The position numbers and the translations under genes were made by a program. Of a stretch of 64,000 bases of DNA, positions 43,906 through 54,849 are shown in pieces. Numbering within the stretch: position 1 is the first letter of the stretch; the number at the start of each line of letters is the position of its first letter. The notes under the pieces are model-generated. The model did no database searches. It was not told where the DNA came from and saw only the letters and a program-made list of their open reading frames with translations. Origin of the DNA: Candidatus Dormiibacterota bacterium (lineage in GTDB: Bacteria; Chloroflexota; Dormibacteria; Aeolococcales; Aeolococcaceae); contig CAVPXI010000004.1 of the NCBI GenBank assembly GCA_963709585.1, positions 288,001-352,000 on the forward strand, given 5' to 3'.

Positions 43906-45274
43906 ATGGCAACCGACCTGCAGCGCGCCGCGCCTCGCCTTCACTACGTGTGCTCCGCCTGCGGGGCCGAGGCGCCGAAGTGGCAGGGGCGGTGCCCCTC
44001 GTGCGAGGCCTGGAACAGCCTGAGCGAAGACGTGGTGCGCTTGACCAGGCGAGGGCCGGCGGCGCTCACGGCCGCCGCAACCACCACGCCCATGGATGCC
44101 GTGATGGCGGCACCCGCGCACATCCAGCCCACCGGATCGTTCGAAGTCGACCGCGTCCTCGGAGGGGGGATCGTCCCCGGCAGCGTCGTGCTGCTCGGTG
44201 GTGACCCTGGCATCGGGAAGTCGACCATCGCGCTGCAGATGTCGCACAGCTGCGGTGCCGAGGTCTCGCCAGCGCTGTACTGCACCGGCGAGGAGTTGCT
44301 TGAGCAGCTTGCCCTGCGAGCTCGGCGGCTTGGATGTACCGGTGCCAGGGTTCGCCTGCTCGTCGAATCCGACGTCGACACCGTGGTCGCGACCATCGAG
44401 GCGGAGCATCCGTCGCTGGTCGTGGTCGAACTCAGTGCAGACCCTTCGGGACGCCGCGACCCCCGGCCCGCCCGGCAGCGTTTCGCAGGTCCGAGCCGCG
44501 GTCCTGCGCATGAGCGAGGTCGCCAAGACGACTGGCGTCCCCGTGCTCCTGGTCGGGCACGTCACCAAGGAGGGTGCGATCGCCGGGCCGCGCACCCTCG
44601 AGCACATGGTCGACGTCGTCCTGTATCTCGAGGGAGAACGGCTCGGCGAGCACCGCATGCTCCGGGGCATCAAGAACCGGTTCGGCGCGACCGGCGAGGT
44701 GGGGCTGCTCACCATGGAGCTCGACGGCATGCGCGACGTGGCCGCACCGAGCCGGGGCATGCTCGACGCCGCATCGCTCGGCGCCTCCGGCAGCGTCCTG
44801 ACCATCACCTGCGACGGGCTCCGCCCGATGGCTGTCGAGGTGCAGGCACTGGCGGCGGCCTCGCCATTCGAGTTCCCCAGGCGAACGGCGTCCGGGTTCG
44901 AGCTCAACCGGCTGCATCTCATGCTCGCGATCCTCGCCAAGCGCGCTGCGATTGCCGTTTCCAAGCTGGACGTCTTCGTCAACGTCGCCGGGGGCATACG
45001 CCTCGCCGACCCCGGCACCGACCTCGGGGTGGCGCTCGCCATCGCCGGATCGACACGCGACCAGGCGGTGTCAGCTGACTGCGCGGTCATCGGAGAACTC
45101 GGGCTTGGCGGCGAGGTCCGCCGGGTCTCGCGGACCGAGGTGCGCCTGGCGGAGGCGGCGGCGGTCGGGATGGAGGCGGTGATCCTGCCCGAGAGCTATC
45201 GCGGGGGAGTCCCCGGCAGCCTTCGCTGCCATCGGGTCGCCACCTTGATCGAGGCGGTTGCACTACTCGGGTGA
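43906..45274 (+). CDS. radA: DNA repair protein RadA, frameshifted at ~44428-44433
   Basis: C4 zinc finger, GDPGIGKST, KNRFG; removing one A gives VVDSVQ. Confidence 0.95.
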
Positions 45275-45327
45275 CCGTCGTGTCGCGCCGCCTGCCGGCG
45301 CGAAGGTCGTGTGGTTCAATCGCTGAG

Positions 45328-46491
45328 ATGCACACGCACGCCGATCGGACCATTCGACGGGCGCGGAACGTCTCGCGGATCATCGGCGCCGGCGTCGGTT
45401 TCGTCTTCGGCGTGCTCTACGGCGTGTTCATCCTCTCGGGGACCCCAGGCGTGCTCACCCAGAACACGACGATCGCGGGAGCGGCGCTGCTCGCCGCCGG
45501 CGCAGCCGGAGCCGCATCACTGGCACTCGCGGCGCCGCTGCTCACCGTCGAACCGTATCTCTGGCTCGAGCGCAACCTCGAAGAGGCCCCGGCGGCCCAG
45601 GTCGTCGGCGCCGTGATCGGCCTGATCGCCGCATTGCTGATCGCGACGATGGTCGCGATCCTCCTCAAGCCGCTCCCGTACGGCGCCGGCGTCCTGCTGT
45701 CCCTCGGGCTCGCGGCCGTCCTCGTCTACGTCGGTGTGCGCACCGGCAGCCGGCGGCGGGACGCCCTCGGGGTCGTCTTCGGCCGGGGTGCGGCCGCGGC
45801 CGGCGTGAATATCGACGACGGAGGCCCGGGGCCACTCGACGGCCAGCCGGTGATCGTCGACACAAGTGTGCTCATCGACGGCCGTATCGTCGACGTCGCC
45901 GCCGCCGGCTTCGTCCCCGGACGCCTGCTCATCCCGGGTTTCGTCCTCGAGGAGCTGCAGCGCGTCGCCGATTCCGCCGATCCGTTCCGCCGCCAGAAGG
46001 GCCGTCGCGGGCTGGGCGTCGTCGACGCGCTCCAGAAGGCAGAGGACGTCGTCTGCGAGCTGGTCGATCTCGACTTTCCGGGCACCCCCGACGTCGACGC
46101 CCGCCTCGTCAAGCTCGCCCGGGCCCGCAACGCCTCGTTGATGACCCAGGACTACAACCTCAACCGGCTGGCGCAGATCGAAGGCGTGCGCGTGCTCAAC
46201 CTGAACGACCTCGCCAATGCCGTCAAGCCGATCGTGGGCGCCGGCGAGAGCATGGCGATCACCATCATCAAGGAAGGGAAGGAGCCTCACCAGGGCGTCG
46301 GGTACTTCGAGGACGGCACCATGGTGGTCGTGGAGAATGGGCGCAGCCACGTCGACGAGACGGTCACCGTCACCGTGACCACCGTGCTCCAGACCACCGC
46401 GGGCCGGATGATCTTCGCGACCCTCGCCGACGAGGAGTCGGTCAAGCCTCGCGTGCTCCGGCCGGTCCGCTCCAAGGTAGCGCAGCGCTGA
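45328..46491 (+). CDS. Membrane PIN/TRAM domain protein (YacL-like)
   Basis: TM helices; VDTSVLIDGRI, DYNLN, GVGYFEDGTMVVVE. Confidence 0.92.
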   Translation: MHTHADRTIRRARNVSRIIGAGVGFVFGVLYGVFILSGTPGVLTQNTTIAGAALLAAGAAGAASLALAAPLLTVEPYLWLERNLEEAPAAQVVGAVIGLIAALLIATMVAILLKPLPYGAGVLLSLGLAAVLVYVGVRTGSRRRDALGVVFGRGAAAAGVNIDDGGPGPLDGQPVIVDTSVLIDGRIVDVAAAGFVPGRLLIPGFVLEELQRVADSADPFRRQKGRRGLGVVDALQKAEDVVCELVDLDFPGTPDVDARLVKLARARNASLMTQDYNLNRLAQIEGVRVLNLNDLANAVKPIVGAGESMAITIIKEGKEPHQGVGYFEDGTMVVVENGRSHVDETVTVTVTTVLQTTAGRMIFATLADEESVKPRVLRPVRSKVAQR

Positions 46492-47159
46492 GCAGCGCAC
46501 TGATCGTCCCCGCCTTCGGGCGCGGCGTACGGACGGGGGAGGACAAGCTCTGGGCCTTCGTCTCGGGGCGGCCGGTCCTCGCGATCTCGCTCGAATCGAT
46601 CGCCGCCGCAGGGTGCTTCGACCTCATCGTGATCGCCGCCCCTACGTCGCGATGGGATGCGATCCGCACCATCGCCGCCGACCATCAGCTCGCCAATGTC
46701 GTGCTCGTCGAGGGTGGTGAGCGCCGCCAGGACAGCGTCGCCGCCGCGATCGCCCGGTGCGACGGCCAGGATTGGATCACCGTCCACGACGCTGCCCGTC
46801 CGCTCACTCCACCCGAGGTCTTCCGGGCTGTGCTCGAGGCCGCGCGCGCGGATGGAGCGGCGATCGCCGGGGTACCCTGCGTGGACACTGTGAAGCAGGT
46901 GCAGAACGGCCGGGTCGCGGCCACCCTCGACCGCTCCTCGATCATCGCGGCGCAGACGCCGCAGTCGTTCAGCGCCGACCTTCTGCGCCGCGCACATCAG
47001 AACGCCGCGACCCACCGCATCAGCGCCGGCGATGATGCCGCGCTGGTCGAGGCGATCGGCTCGCCGGTGACGGTGGTCCCGGGAGATGCCCGCAACTTCA
47101 AGGTTACGTTTCCACAGGACCTCGTCCTGCTCCGCTCACTGCTCGAGGAGAACCGATGA
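46488..47159 (+). CDS. ispD: 2-C-methyl-D-erythritol 4-phosphate cytidylyltransferase
   Basis: IVPAFGRGVR..DK, GGERRQDSV, VHDAARP, QTPQ, NFKVT; apparent CTG start. Confidence 0.9.
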   Translation: MSSALIVPAFGRGVRTGEDKLWAFVSGRPVLAISLESIAAAGCFDLIVIAAPTSRWDAIRTIAADHQLANVVLVEGGERRQDSVAAAIARCDGQDWITVHDAARPLTPPEVFRAVLEAARADGAAIAGVPCVDTVKQVQNGRVAATLDRSSIIAAQTPQSFSADLLRRAHQNAATHRISAGDDAALVEAIGSPVTVVPGDARNFKVTFPQDLVLLRSLLEENR

Positions 47160-47635
47160 CCCCGAGGATCGGTCATGGCATCGACGCGCACCGGTTCATC
47201 CCGGGGCGGCCGCTGATGCTCGGAGGCGTGCTGGTTCCCTACGGCCGCGGTCTGCTCGGTCACTCGGACGGCGACGCCGTGGTGCACGCGCTCGTCGACG
47301 CGATCCTCGGCGCATCCGGGCTCGGCGACATGGGCAGGCACTTTCCCTCCGGCGACCCCCGCTGGAAGGACACCTCGGGCTGCGAGTTCCTGAAAATCGT
47401 CGCCGAGAAGCTCCGCGAGGAAGGCTGGACGATCAGCAGCGCCCACGTCATCGCGATCGCCGAGGAGCCGCGGCTCGCCGCCCATCTCGGGCCGATGTCC
47501 GACGCGATGTCGATTGCGTTGGGTCTCGAGCCCGGGACGATCGCGGTCGGCGCCACGACCACCGACGGCATGGGCTTCTCCGGTCGGAGTGAAGGGATCG
47601 CCGCCTCGGCGACGGTGCTGCTGGAACGGCGGTGA
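47156..47635 (+). CDS. ispF: MECDP synthase
   Basis: GIDAH, GHSDGD, DAILGA, DMG..F. Confidence 0.95.
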   Translation: MTPRIGHGIDAHRFIPGRPLMLGGVLVPYGRGLLGHSDGDAVVHALVDAILGASGLGDMGRHFPSGDPRWKDTSGCEFLKIVAEKLREEGWTISSAHVIAIAEEPRLAAHLGPMSDAMSIALGLEPGTIAVGATTTDGMGFSGRSEGIAASATVLLERR

Positions 47636-49072
47636 CCCTCCAGCTGCACGACACGATGAGTTGGGAGCTGGTCAGCGTGGAACCCATCGAGCCTGGCCAT
47701 GTCCGGCTGTACACCTGCGGCCCCACGGTTTGGAACCGGGTCCACATCGGCAATTTCCGTACCTTCATCTTCGAGGACGTCCTGCGTCGCTGGCTCGACC
47801 GTCGCTTCGCGAAGGTAACCCACGTGATGAACCTCACCGACGTCGACGACCGGATCATCAAGAACGCCGTCGCCAACGGCCATACCCTCGCCGAGGAGAC
47901 CGCGCCGTGGATCACCGCGTTCGAGGAGGATCGCGACACGCTCGGTATCCGGCCGGCGCAGCACTATCCGCGCGCCACCGAGTACATCGCGCAGATGGTC
48001 GACCTGATCGAGCGTCTCGAACGAGCCGGCGCGGCCTATCGGGCCGACGGCAGCTACTACTTTCACATCGCCGCGTTTCCCGCCTACGGGAAGCTGAGTG
48101 GCGCTCGCGCCGAGGGCCTGGTGTCCGGCGCAAGCGGCAGGATCGATGCCGACGACTACACCAAGGAGGACGTCCGAGACTTCGCGCTCTGGAAGGCGGT
48201 CGGACCCGACGACATCGGCTGGGATACACGCATCGGGAGGGGCCACCCGGGCTGGCACATCGAGTGCTCCGCGATGAGCATGGCACTGCTCGGCGAGAGC
48301 TTCGACATCCATTGCGGCGGCATCGACAACATCTTCCCGCACCACGAGAACGAGATCGCCCAGTCCGAGGCGGCGACCGGCAAGCGCTTCGTGCGCATCT
48401 GGTGCCACAGCCAGCACCTGCGGGTGAGTGGCGAGAAGATGGCCAAACGGCTCGGCAACTTCGCCACCGTACGCGAGGTGCTCGATGAGGGCGCGAGTGC
48501 CGCGGCACTGCGCTACCTGCTCGCGGCGCGCACCCACTACCGCAAGCAGCTCGACTACTCGGACGAGCTGCTTGCCGACAGCAACGTGGCGGTCCAGCGG
48601 CTCGTGGACTTCCAGGCGCGCGTTGCCGGCCTGCGAACCGTCGAGGCCGAGGACACGACACGCGACGAAACCGTCCTCGCCTCGGTGCGCGGGATGCGGA
48701 TCGGTTTCGACGAGGCGATGGACGACGACCTCAACCTCCCCGAAGCGATGGGCATCGTCTTCTCCGGATTGCGCGATGTCAATCGCGTGCTCGACACCGG
48801 ATCCGTCGGCGCCGAGACGCAGCGCACCCTGCAGCATCTGCTCGAGGAGATCGACGGCGTGCTCGGCGTGCTCACGCTGGACGCGCGTGATCGCCAGGCG
48901 GCGCCGGACGCGGAGGAGCAGCGATGGCTCGACGAGCGCGCTGCCGCGCGAGCGGCTCGTGACTTCGCGCAATCCGACCATCTCCGCGTGCAGCTCGCGA
49001 GTTCGCGGGATCGAGGTGGAGGACACGCCCCAGGGTCAGCGCTGGAAGCGGACGTCGCCGCACCGCGGCTGA
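47632..49072 (+). CDS. cysS: Cysteine-tRNA ligase, frameshifted at ~48999-49004
   Basis: CGPTV, HIGN, PGWHIEC, FPHHENE, KMAK; true C-terminus RGIEVEDTPQG in the next frame. Confidence 0.95.
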
Positions 49073-49076
49073 GCGT

Positions 49077-49811
49077 TTGGACATCCTCTACGGGCGCAAC
49101 CCGGTGCTCGAAGCGCTGCGCGCGGGTCGACCGGCGCGCAAGATCGTGGTCGCGAGCGCGATCCGGCCCGAGGCACGCCTCGCCGAGATTCTCGAGCACG
49201 CTGAAGCACGGGACATCCTCGTGGAGGAGGTGTCGCGCCAGCGACTCGATGACATCGCCCACACCGAGCATCACCAGGGCGTCGCCGGATACTTCCATGC
49301 GCGCGCGGCGCTCACGCTCCACGACGTGCTCGACCGGGCGCGCGCGCCGGCGCTGCTGGTTGTGCTCGACGGCATCCAGGATCCGCAGAACGTCGGCGCC
49401 ATCGCGCGCAGCGCTGAAGCGTGTGGCGCGGATGGGATCGTGGTGCCGCGCCACCACGCCGCACCGCTCACCGCCGCGGCCGTCAAGGCGTCCGCCGGGG
49501 CGACCGAGCACCTGCCGCTGGTGACCGTGCCCAACCTCGCCCAGGCACTTGAGGTCATCGGCACCGCCGGGATCTGGCGCGTCGGTCTCGATGCTGACGC
49601 GCGGGATCGATACGACACGGTCGATCTCTCATCGCCGGTCGCGATCGTGGTCGGCGCCGAGGGCGCGGGGATGCGCCGCCTGACCCGCGAGCACTGCGAC
49701 CTCCTCGTGTCGATTCCGATGATGGGGCACGTCGCGTCCCTCAACGCCGGTGCGGCCGCAGCCGTCCTGCTCTTCGAGGTGCAACGCCAGCGCGGATTCG
49801 CGCCGCGTTGA
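49077..49811 (+). CDS. rlmB: 23S rRNA Gm2251 methyltransferase
   Basis: YGRNPV, HQGV, DPQNVGAI.R, GAEG, IPM...SLN. Confidence 0.94.
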   Translation: MDILYGRNPVLEALRAGRPARKIVVASAIRPEARLAEILEHAEARDILVEEVSRQRLDDIAHTEHHQGVAGYFHARAALTLHDVLDRARAPALLVVLDGIQDPQNVGAIARSAEACGADGIVVPRHHAAPLTAAAVKASAGATEHLPLVTVPNLAQALEVIGTAGIWRVGLDADARDRYDTVDLSSPVAIVVGAEGAGMRRLTREHCDLLVSIPMMGHVASLNAGAAAAVLLFEVQRQRGFAPR

Positions 49812-49827
49812 GAGGAGCGCCCCACCG

Positions 49828-50361
49828 TTGCACACGCTGATCGTCGACGGCTACAACATCATCCATGCGTGGCCCGCGCTGCACGCGACGCTGCGCGAGC
49901 GGGGCCTCGAGGATGCGCGCCGCCAGCTGGTCAGCCAGCTTGCGGAGTACGCCGCCCAGACCGGGGTCGCGGTCACGGTCGTCTTCGACGCGCACGCGCG
50001 TCCGGGCGCCATCCCGTCCACCGAGACGTTCGCCGGCGTCACGGTGCTCTTCGGGTCCAAGCGCGCGACCGCAGACCATGTCATCGAGCGCGTGGCGTAC
50101 AGGGCATCGCAGCGTGGCGAGGGCGCGGATGTGGTGGTCGCGACCGACGATCGCCTCGAACGCGACGTCGTCGGCGCGATGGGGGTCGCGACCATGGGCG
50201 CGCGTGCTCTCGAGGCCGAGGTTGGCCGGATCGCAGGCAGCCTCAACGCCGAGACCAGGCGGATGCGCGACGACAGCCGACGGAGCACGCGCGTCGAGGA
50301 TGGTCTCGACCCGGAGATCAGGCGCCGGCTCGAACGCATCCGTCGCGGCGAGGATCGATAG
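49828..50361 (+). CDS. NYN domain protein (YacP/Rae1-like)
   Basis: VDGYN, VVFD, TAD..IE, VATDD; conserved position after rlmB. Confidence 0.88.
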   Translation: MHTLIVDGYNIIHAWPALHATLRERGLEDARRQLVSQLAEYAAQTGVAVTVVFDAHARPGAIPSTETFAGVTVLFGSKRATADHVIERVAYRASQRGEGADVVVATDDRLERDVVGAMGVATMGARALEAEVGRIAGSLNAETRRMRDDSRRSTRVEDGLDPEIRRRLERIRRGEDR

Positions 50362-50401
50362 GCGCGGGCTCCGATCAGGGGTTCGGTACGCTTACGGCAC
50401 C

Positions 50402-51658
50402 ATGGCTGATTCCGCACCCCGCCGGGTCGTCGTCACCGGCATGGGCGCGGTGTCGCCGGTCGGCATGGGCGCGCCCCAGAGCTGGGAATCGCTTCGCACC
50501 GGCCGCAGCGGCATCGCCCCGATCACGCACTTCGACGCCTCGCGCCTTCCGGTACGAATCGCCGGCGAGGTCAAAGGCTTCGACGCGGCCGCGATCTTCG
50601 GGACCAAGGAGGCTCGCCGGGGAACGGCGCACGTGCATTTCGCCATGGCCGCGGCCCGCGAGGCGGTGGGCGACTCCGGTCTCGATGTCGCCGCAGAGTC
50701 GACGGATGTCGGTGTCCTGATCGCATCGGGCATCGGAGGCCTCGAGGTCATCGAGAACACCACGCGCATCCTCGACGCCCAGGGTGCGCGCCGGGTCTCA
50801 CCGTTCGCCGCGGCGATGGCGCTCGTCGACATGGCGCCGGGCATGGTCTCGATTGATCTCGGCGCGCGCGGACCGAACATGGCGGTGGTCAGCGCCTGCG
50901 CTTCGGGGGCCGACGCGATCGGCCAGGGCGCCAACTGGATCCGGCAGGGCGACGCCGTGGCCGTGCTCGCGGGCGGCACCGAGGCCGGGATAACGTCGAC
51001 GGGGATCGCGATGTTCGCGGCCGCGCGCGCTCTCTCGACGCGGAACGACGACCCTGAGCATGCTTCGCGGCCATTCGAGCGTGATCGCGACGGCTTCGTC
51101 GCCGCGGAGGGATCGGCGGTGCTCGTGCTCGAGGAACGTGAGCACGCGCTCGCGCGGGGCGCGACCATTCACGGCGAGCTGCTCGGCTATGCGGCGGCGG
51201 CGGACGCGTACCACATCACCGCGCCGGAACCGAGCGGCGACGGTGCCATCCGCTGCGTGCGGCGCGCTCTCGAGCGCGCCGGGGTGCGACCGGAGGACAT
51301 CGAGTACATCAACGCGCACGGCACCGGGACGCCACTCAACGATCTCGCCGAGACGCGGGCGATCAAGGAGGTGTTCGGTGAATCCGCCTACTCTGTCCCG
51401 ATCTCGTCGACCAAGTCGATGACCGGGCACATGCTCGGCGCCGCGGGGGCGTTCGAGGCGATGGTGACCATTCTCGCGATACGCGACGGGTTCCTCCCCC
51501 CGACCGTGAACCTCGAGAATCCCGACCCGGAGTGCGATCTCGATTACGTGCCCAACGTCGGCCGCGCGGTGAGCGCGCGACTGGCGATGACCACGTCGTT
51601 CGGGTTCGGCGGCCACAACGCCTGCCTGGTGTTCACGGGAGGCCCGAACCCGGGCTGA
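50402..51658 (+). CDS. fabF: Beta-ketoacyl-ACP synthase II
   Basis: RRVVVTG, SACAS, NAHGTGT, KSMTGH, SFGFGG. Confidence 0.95.
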   Translation: MADSAPRRVVVTGMGAVSPVGMGAPQSWESLRTGRSGIAPITHFDASRLPVRIAGEVKGFDAAAIFGTKEARRGTAHVHFAMAAAREAVGDSGLDVAAESTDVGVLIASGIGGLEVIENTTRILDAQGARRVSPFAAAMALVDMAPGMVSIDLGARGPNMAVVSACASGADAIGQGANWIRQGDAVAVLAGGTEAGITSTGIAMFAAARALSTRNDDPEHASRPFERDRDGFVAAEGSAVLVLEEREHALARGATIHGELLGYAAAADAYHITAPEPSGDGAIRCVRRALERAGVRPEDIEYINAHGTGTPLNDLAETRAIKEVFGESAYSVPISSTKSMTGHMLGAAGAFEAMVTILAIRDGFLPPTVNLENPDPECDLDYVPNVGRAVSARLAMTTSFGFGGHNACLVFTGGPNPG

Positions 51659-51702
51659 TTGACTGCCGGGCAGTCGCGCGAGGGTCCTCCTGGCGTTGGA
51701 CG

Positions 51703-52423
51703 TCAGGCGGCGGCCGTCACCACCCGATCGAGCGCCGCCTTGATGATCCCGTAGCACTCGCAGGCGACCGAACTCGAGACCCTCCCGATCGACGATGGTC
51801 ACCCGGCCTCGGTGATAGCGGATGAGCCCGGCCGACTGCAGCAATCCCGCGGACAGGGTCACGGTGGCGCGTCGCGAGCCGAGCATCTGCCCGAGGAACT
51901 CGTGCGTGATCGGGAACGTGTCAGTGCCGACGCGGTCGTGGCTCATCAGCAGCCAGCGGCTCAGACGCTCCTCGTTCGAATGCAGCCGGTTGCACGCGGC
52001 CGCCTGCGAGATCTGCCCGAAGAGGGCCTGGACGTACTTCTGCACCAGCCCGCGGAATCCGGGCAGGCCCTCGAGGCCCTTGATGAACTCACCGGCATCG
52101 ATACGCAACGTGCGCCCGCCGACCTGGGAGATCGCGCGCACGGCGAGGGATCCACCCGGAACCAGTGGCACCCCGACGATGCCCTCGTTGCCGATGGTCG
52201 CCACCTCGACGATGTTGCCGTCGGCGAGCGGCGTGACCAGCGAGATCACGCCGTCGATGGGGAAGTGGACGAAGGGGATGGGCTGGCCAGGGTCGAAAAG
52301 CACCGTCTTCACCGTGAGGTGCGCGGGACGAAGATGCTCCATCAGCGCTTTCCGCTCCACGTCTGGTAGCGCATCGAGGAGGTGGTTGGCCGCTGGCGCC
52401 GCCAGGACGCTTCCCTTTGCCAT
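51703..52423 (-). CDS. Crp/Fnr family regulator, frameshifted at ~51770-51775
   Basis: NHLL, IGNEG, ACNRLH..EERL.RWLL, THEFL..MLG.RR; removing one base gives LESVACECY. Confidence 0.9.
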
Positions 52424-52500
52424 AAGACCCTTTGTGAGGTTACCTCAGCGCCCCCATTGTGGCAACTTCAGCGAGCCCCCATGGGAGAATCGGTGGCCCA

Positions 52501-52572
52501 GCCGATGTAGCTCAGGGGTAGAGCAACCGCCTTGTAAGCGGTTGGTCGGGAGTTCGAATCTCCCCATCGGCT
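52501..52572 (+). tRNA. tRNA-Thr(TGT)
   Basis: GCCGATGTAGCTCAG...CTTGTAA...GTTCGAATC..CATCGGCT cloverleaf. Confidence 0.95.
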
Positions 52573-52627
52573 CCGAGGGGAGCGATCCCATCGGGCTTGT
52601 CATCAGACCCACGGTGTTGGAGGTGCC

Positions 52628-53296
52628 ATGGACGCCGACTTCGTCAACCAGGTGATCGATGTCGCTCAGCGTGTGGTGGCCAGCGGGGCTATCTCGGCCA
52701 ATGGACATGGCAACGTCAGCATCCGGGTACAGGGCGGCGACGAGATGTACTTCACGGCCGGCCCGTCGCTGCGGAATCATGCAGCGTCGGCGGTGGTGCG
52801 AATCGGCCTCGACGGCACGCTGCGCGAGGGTGAGTTGCCGCCGATCCAGGGAGCCGTGGTTGCGATGCACACCGCGATGTATGCGGACAGCCCCGATGTC
52901 GGGTGTGTCCTGCACACGCACTCTCCGTTCGCCACCGCATTCGCGGCGGCACATCGCCCCATCGGGTGTTGGATCGAAGCGCTGGCGATGTTCGGTCTCC
53001 CGAACGGCGTGCCCGTGGCCGGCTACGGCCCGCGCGGGTCCGACCAGGCGGTGGCCAACATCCGGGCCGCGGTCACCCCTGGAGTGCCCGCGGTGCTGCT
53101 CGCCAATCACGGCGTGCTCGTGTTCCACCGCACCCCCGACCTTGCCATCCTCGTCGGCGGCGTCGTCGAGGAAGCTGCTCAGGCAGGGATCAGGGCCGGC
53201 GGCATCGGTGAGCCGGTGGAGATCCCTGAAGAGCTTCGTGCCGCAGCGCTGCAGCGAGCGATGGCGTTTGTGGCGAAGGGCACCGCCCGCGCATAA
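52628..53296 (+). CDS. Class II aldolase/adducin family protein
   Basis: GNVS, MH, HTHS, LLANHG. Confidence 0.9.
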   Translation: MDADFVNQVIDVAQRVVASGAISANGHGNVSIRVQGGDEMYFTAGPSLRNHAASAVVRIGLDGTLREGELPPIQGAVVAMHTAMYADSPDVGCVLHTHSPFATAFAAAHRPIGCWIEALAMFGLPNGVPVAGYGPRGSDQAVANIRAAVTPGVPAVLLANHGVLVFHRTPDLAILVGGVVEEAAQAGIRAGGIGEPVEIPEELRAAALQRAMAFVAKGTARA

Positions 53297-53333
53297 CTGA
53301 GTTCATACCGCGGCTGCAACCTCACCCTCGCGA

Positions 53334-53642
53334 TCAGCTGAACGCGTCTGTGGGTTCCCACCGGTAGGTCACGTGAATGGACGGCACGCGCCGGTTGATG
53401 GTTCGGCTGAGCTGACCAAAGCCACCGCCGGTGTTCGCCGGGTAGGTCGAACTGATATACGCGTCGTTGTCCGCCTCGGACTCGACGAGGTAGCCGAGGG
53501 CTTCGAGCCTCGCCGAGTCCCTGGCGAAGGCGTCCTTGTGCCAGTACGGCTTCTCGATCAGATCGGGAAGCTGCTTGCGGCGACGCAGCCGTCGCGCGTC
53601 CACCTGATTTGCGTAATCCTCAAGCCAGCTCCCGATGCCCAC
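53334..53642 (-). CDS. Hypothetical protein
   Basis: 102-aa ORF downstream of the HAD gene. Confidence 0.5.
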   Translation of the reverse strand: MGIGSWLEDYANQVDARRLRRRKQLPDLIEKPYWHKDAFARDSARLEALGYLVESEADNDAYISSTYPANTGGGFGQLSRTINRRVPSIHVTYRWEPTDAFS

Positions 53643-53675
53643 GACACCCCAGATGCTAGTCGCTTTGCGCGACCG

Positions 53676-54524
53676 TCAGCGCGCCGACACCGCCTCGGGA
53701 TCGGCGTCGTCGATGGTCCATCCGGTCGCGGCAAGGTCGGCGATCTTTCGTGCGAAACCATCCTCCTCGACGCTCGCGAGCACCTCGTTCGCCGCGCTCA
53801 TCACCGCTGGATCGCCGTCGCCGACGGCGTAGCTCCGGCCCGTCGCTCGGAACATCGCCAGGTCGTTGGGCATGTCGCCGAAACTGATCGCGGCCGACGG
53901 CGCGAGACCCAGCTCGTGCAGTGCGCGACATGTCCCCGAACCCTTGTCGACCCCTGGCGCGGTCACGTCCAGGACTGTCGTGCGTCCCACGTGACTCAAC
54001 GCCGCGGAATCCGCTTCCGCTGCAACGAGAGCGGCGATGCGACCGAGATCGCCATTGCCATGTCGCAGCGCCATCGTGCAACACGGTGTCTCGGCGATGA
54101 CGGCGCTGTCCACAACGACGCGGGTTGGGCCGTGCGGCTGAATCGGACTCAGGCGGAAATACTCCTCGGTCATCCGCCACACCGTCCCGTCAAAGCTCGC
54201 CACCCCTGCGTCCGCGGCGAGTGCGATGTCGACAACCCGACGGATCACGGGCGGCGTCATCACGTCCATCCATGCAAGCGTTTTCTCACGCGACGACCAC
54301 CCGATCGCACCGGAGCAGCACACCGCCATGGCGGTTCGCTGCGCGAGCACCTGAAAGTGCTCGAGACCCTGAGGCGTTCGCGCGGTGGCAACCACGAACG
54401 CGATGCCGGCTGACCTGATGAGATCGAGGGCCTCGAGCGTGGCCGGCGAGATCGAGAAGTCCGAGCGCACGACGGTCCCGTCGAGATCGGTCACGACAGC
54501 CTCGATTCTCACGACCAGCAGCAT
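53676..54524 (-). CDS. Cof-type HAD hydrolase
   Basis: DLDGT, ATAR, DKG, FGDMPND. Confidence 0.9.
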   Translation of the reverse strand: MLLVVRIEAVVTDLDGTVVRSDFSISPATLEALDLIRSAGIAFVVATARTPQGLEHFQVLAQRTAMAVCCSGAIGWSSREKTLAWMDVMTPPVIRRVVDIALAADAGVASFDGTVWRMTEEYFRLSPIQPHGPTRVVVDSAVIAETPCCTMALRHGNGDLGRIAALVAAEADSAALSHVGRTTVLDVTAPGVDKGSGTCRALHELGLAPSAAISFGDMPNDLAMFRATGRSYAVGDGDPAVMSAANEVLASVEEDGFARKIADLAATGWTIDDADPEAVSAR

Positions 54525-54586
54525 GATTGCTCAGGCCCATCCTGCCGGCGGTCGCGGCGGCGACGACCGCCGCGACCCACCCGGCG

Positions 54587-54796
54587 TCAGAGGAGGTCGA
54601 GCGCCGCGGAGGTGACGCGGAGGCGCGCCTGCGCACGAACCCGGGCGTCGATCACGTGAGCAGCACGGCCGGAGAGGAGCACGTCCTCCGAGGCGAGCCT
54701 GGCGGCGTCGGCCCCCCGTCGGCGGCGGGCGGCGTCATCCAGCAAATCGCGGCGTCGTTCGCGGGCGAGGTCCATCAGCGTGTTCGGATTCATCAT
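54587..54796 (-). CDS. Small Arg-rich hypothetical protein
   Basis: MMNPNTLMDLARERRRDLL..., divergent from the WYL gene. Confidence 0.45.
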   Translation of the reverse strand: MMNPNTLMDLARERRRDLLDDAARRRRGADAARLASEDVLLSGRAAHVIDARVRAQARLRVTSAALDLL

Positions 54797-54819
54797 GGTC
54801 CGGATGCTACAAGGCAATA

Positions 54820-54836
54820 AGGACAGTATCCGTCCT
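54820..54836. promoter_or_regulatory. Palindromic operator candidate for the WYL regulator
   Basis: AGGAC-N7-GTCCT adjacent to the -10 TATGAT (54838-54843). Confidence 0.55.
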
Positions 54837-54849
54837 ATATGATGCTGAA

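Noticed and set aside
47632-49524. 630-aa CysS with a long C-terminal extension
   Set aside because: Frameshift read-through over rlmB; the true end is in another frame at 49072
52587-52597. att duplicate after tRNA-Thr(TGT) (CCCATCGGGCT)
   Set aside because: Too short, immediately adjacent to the tRNA, and no integrase is associated
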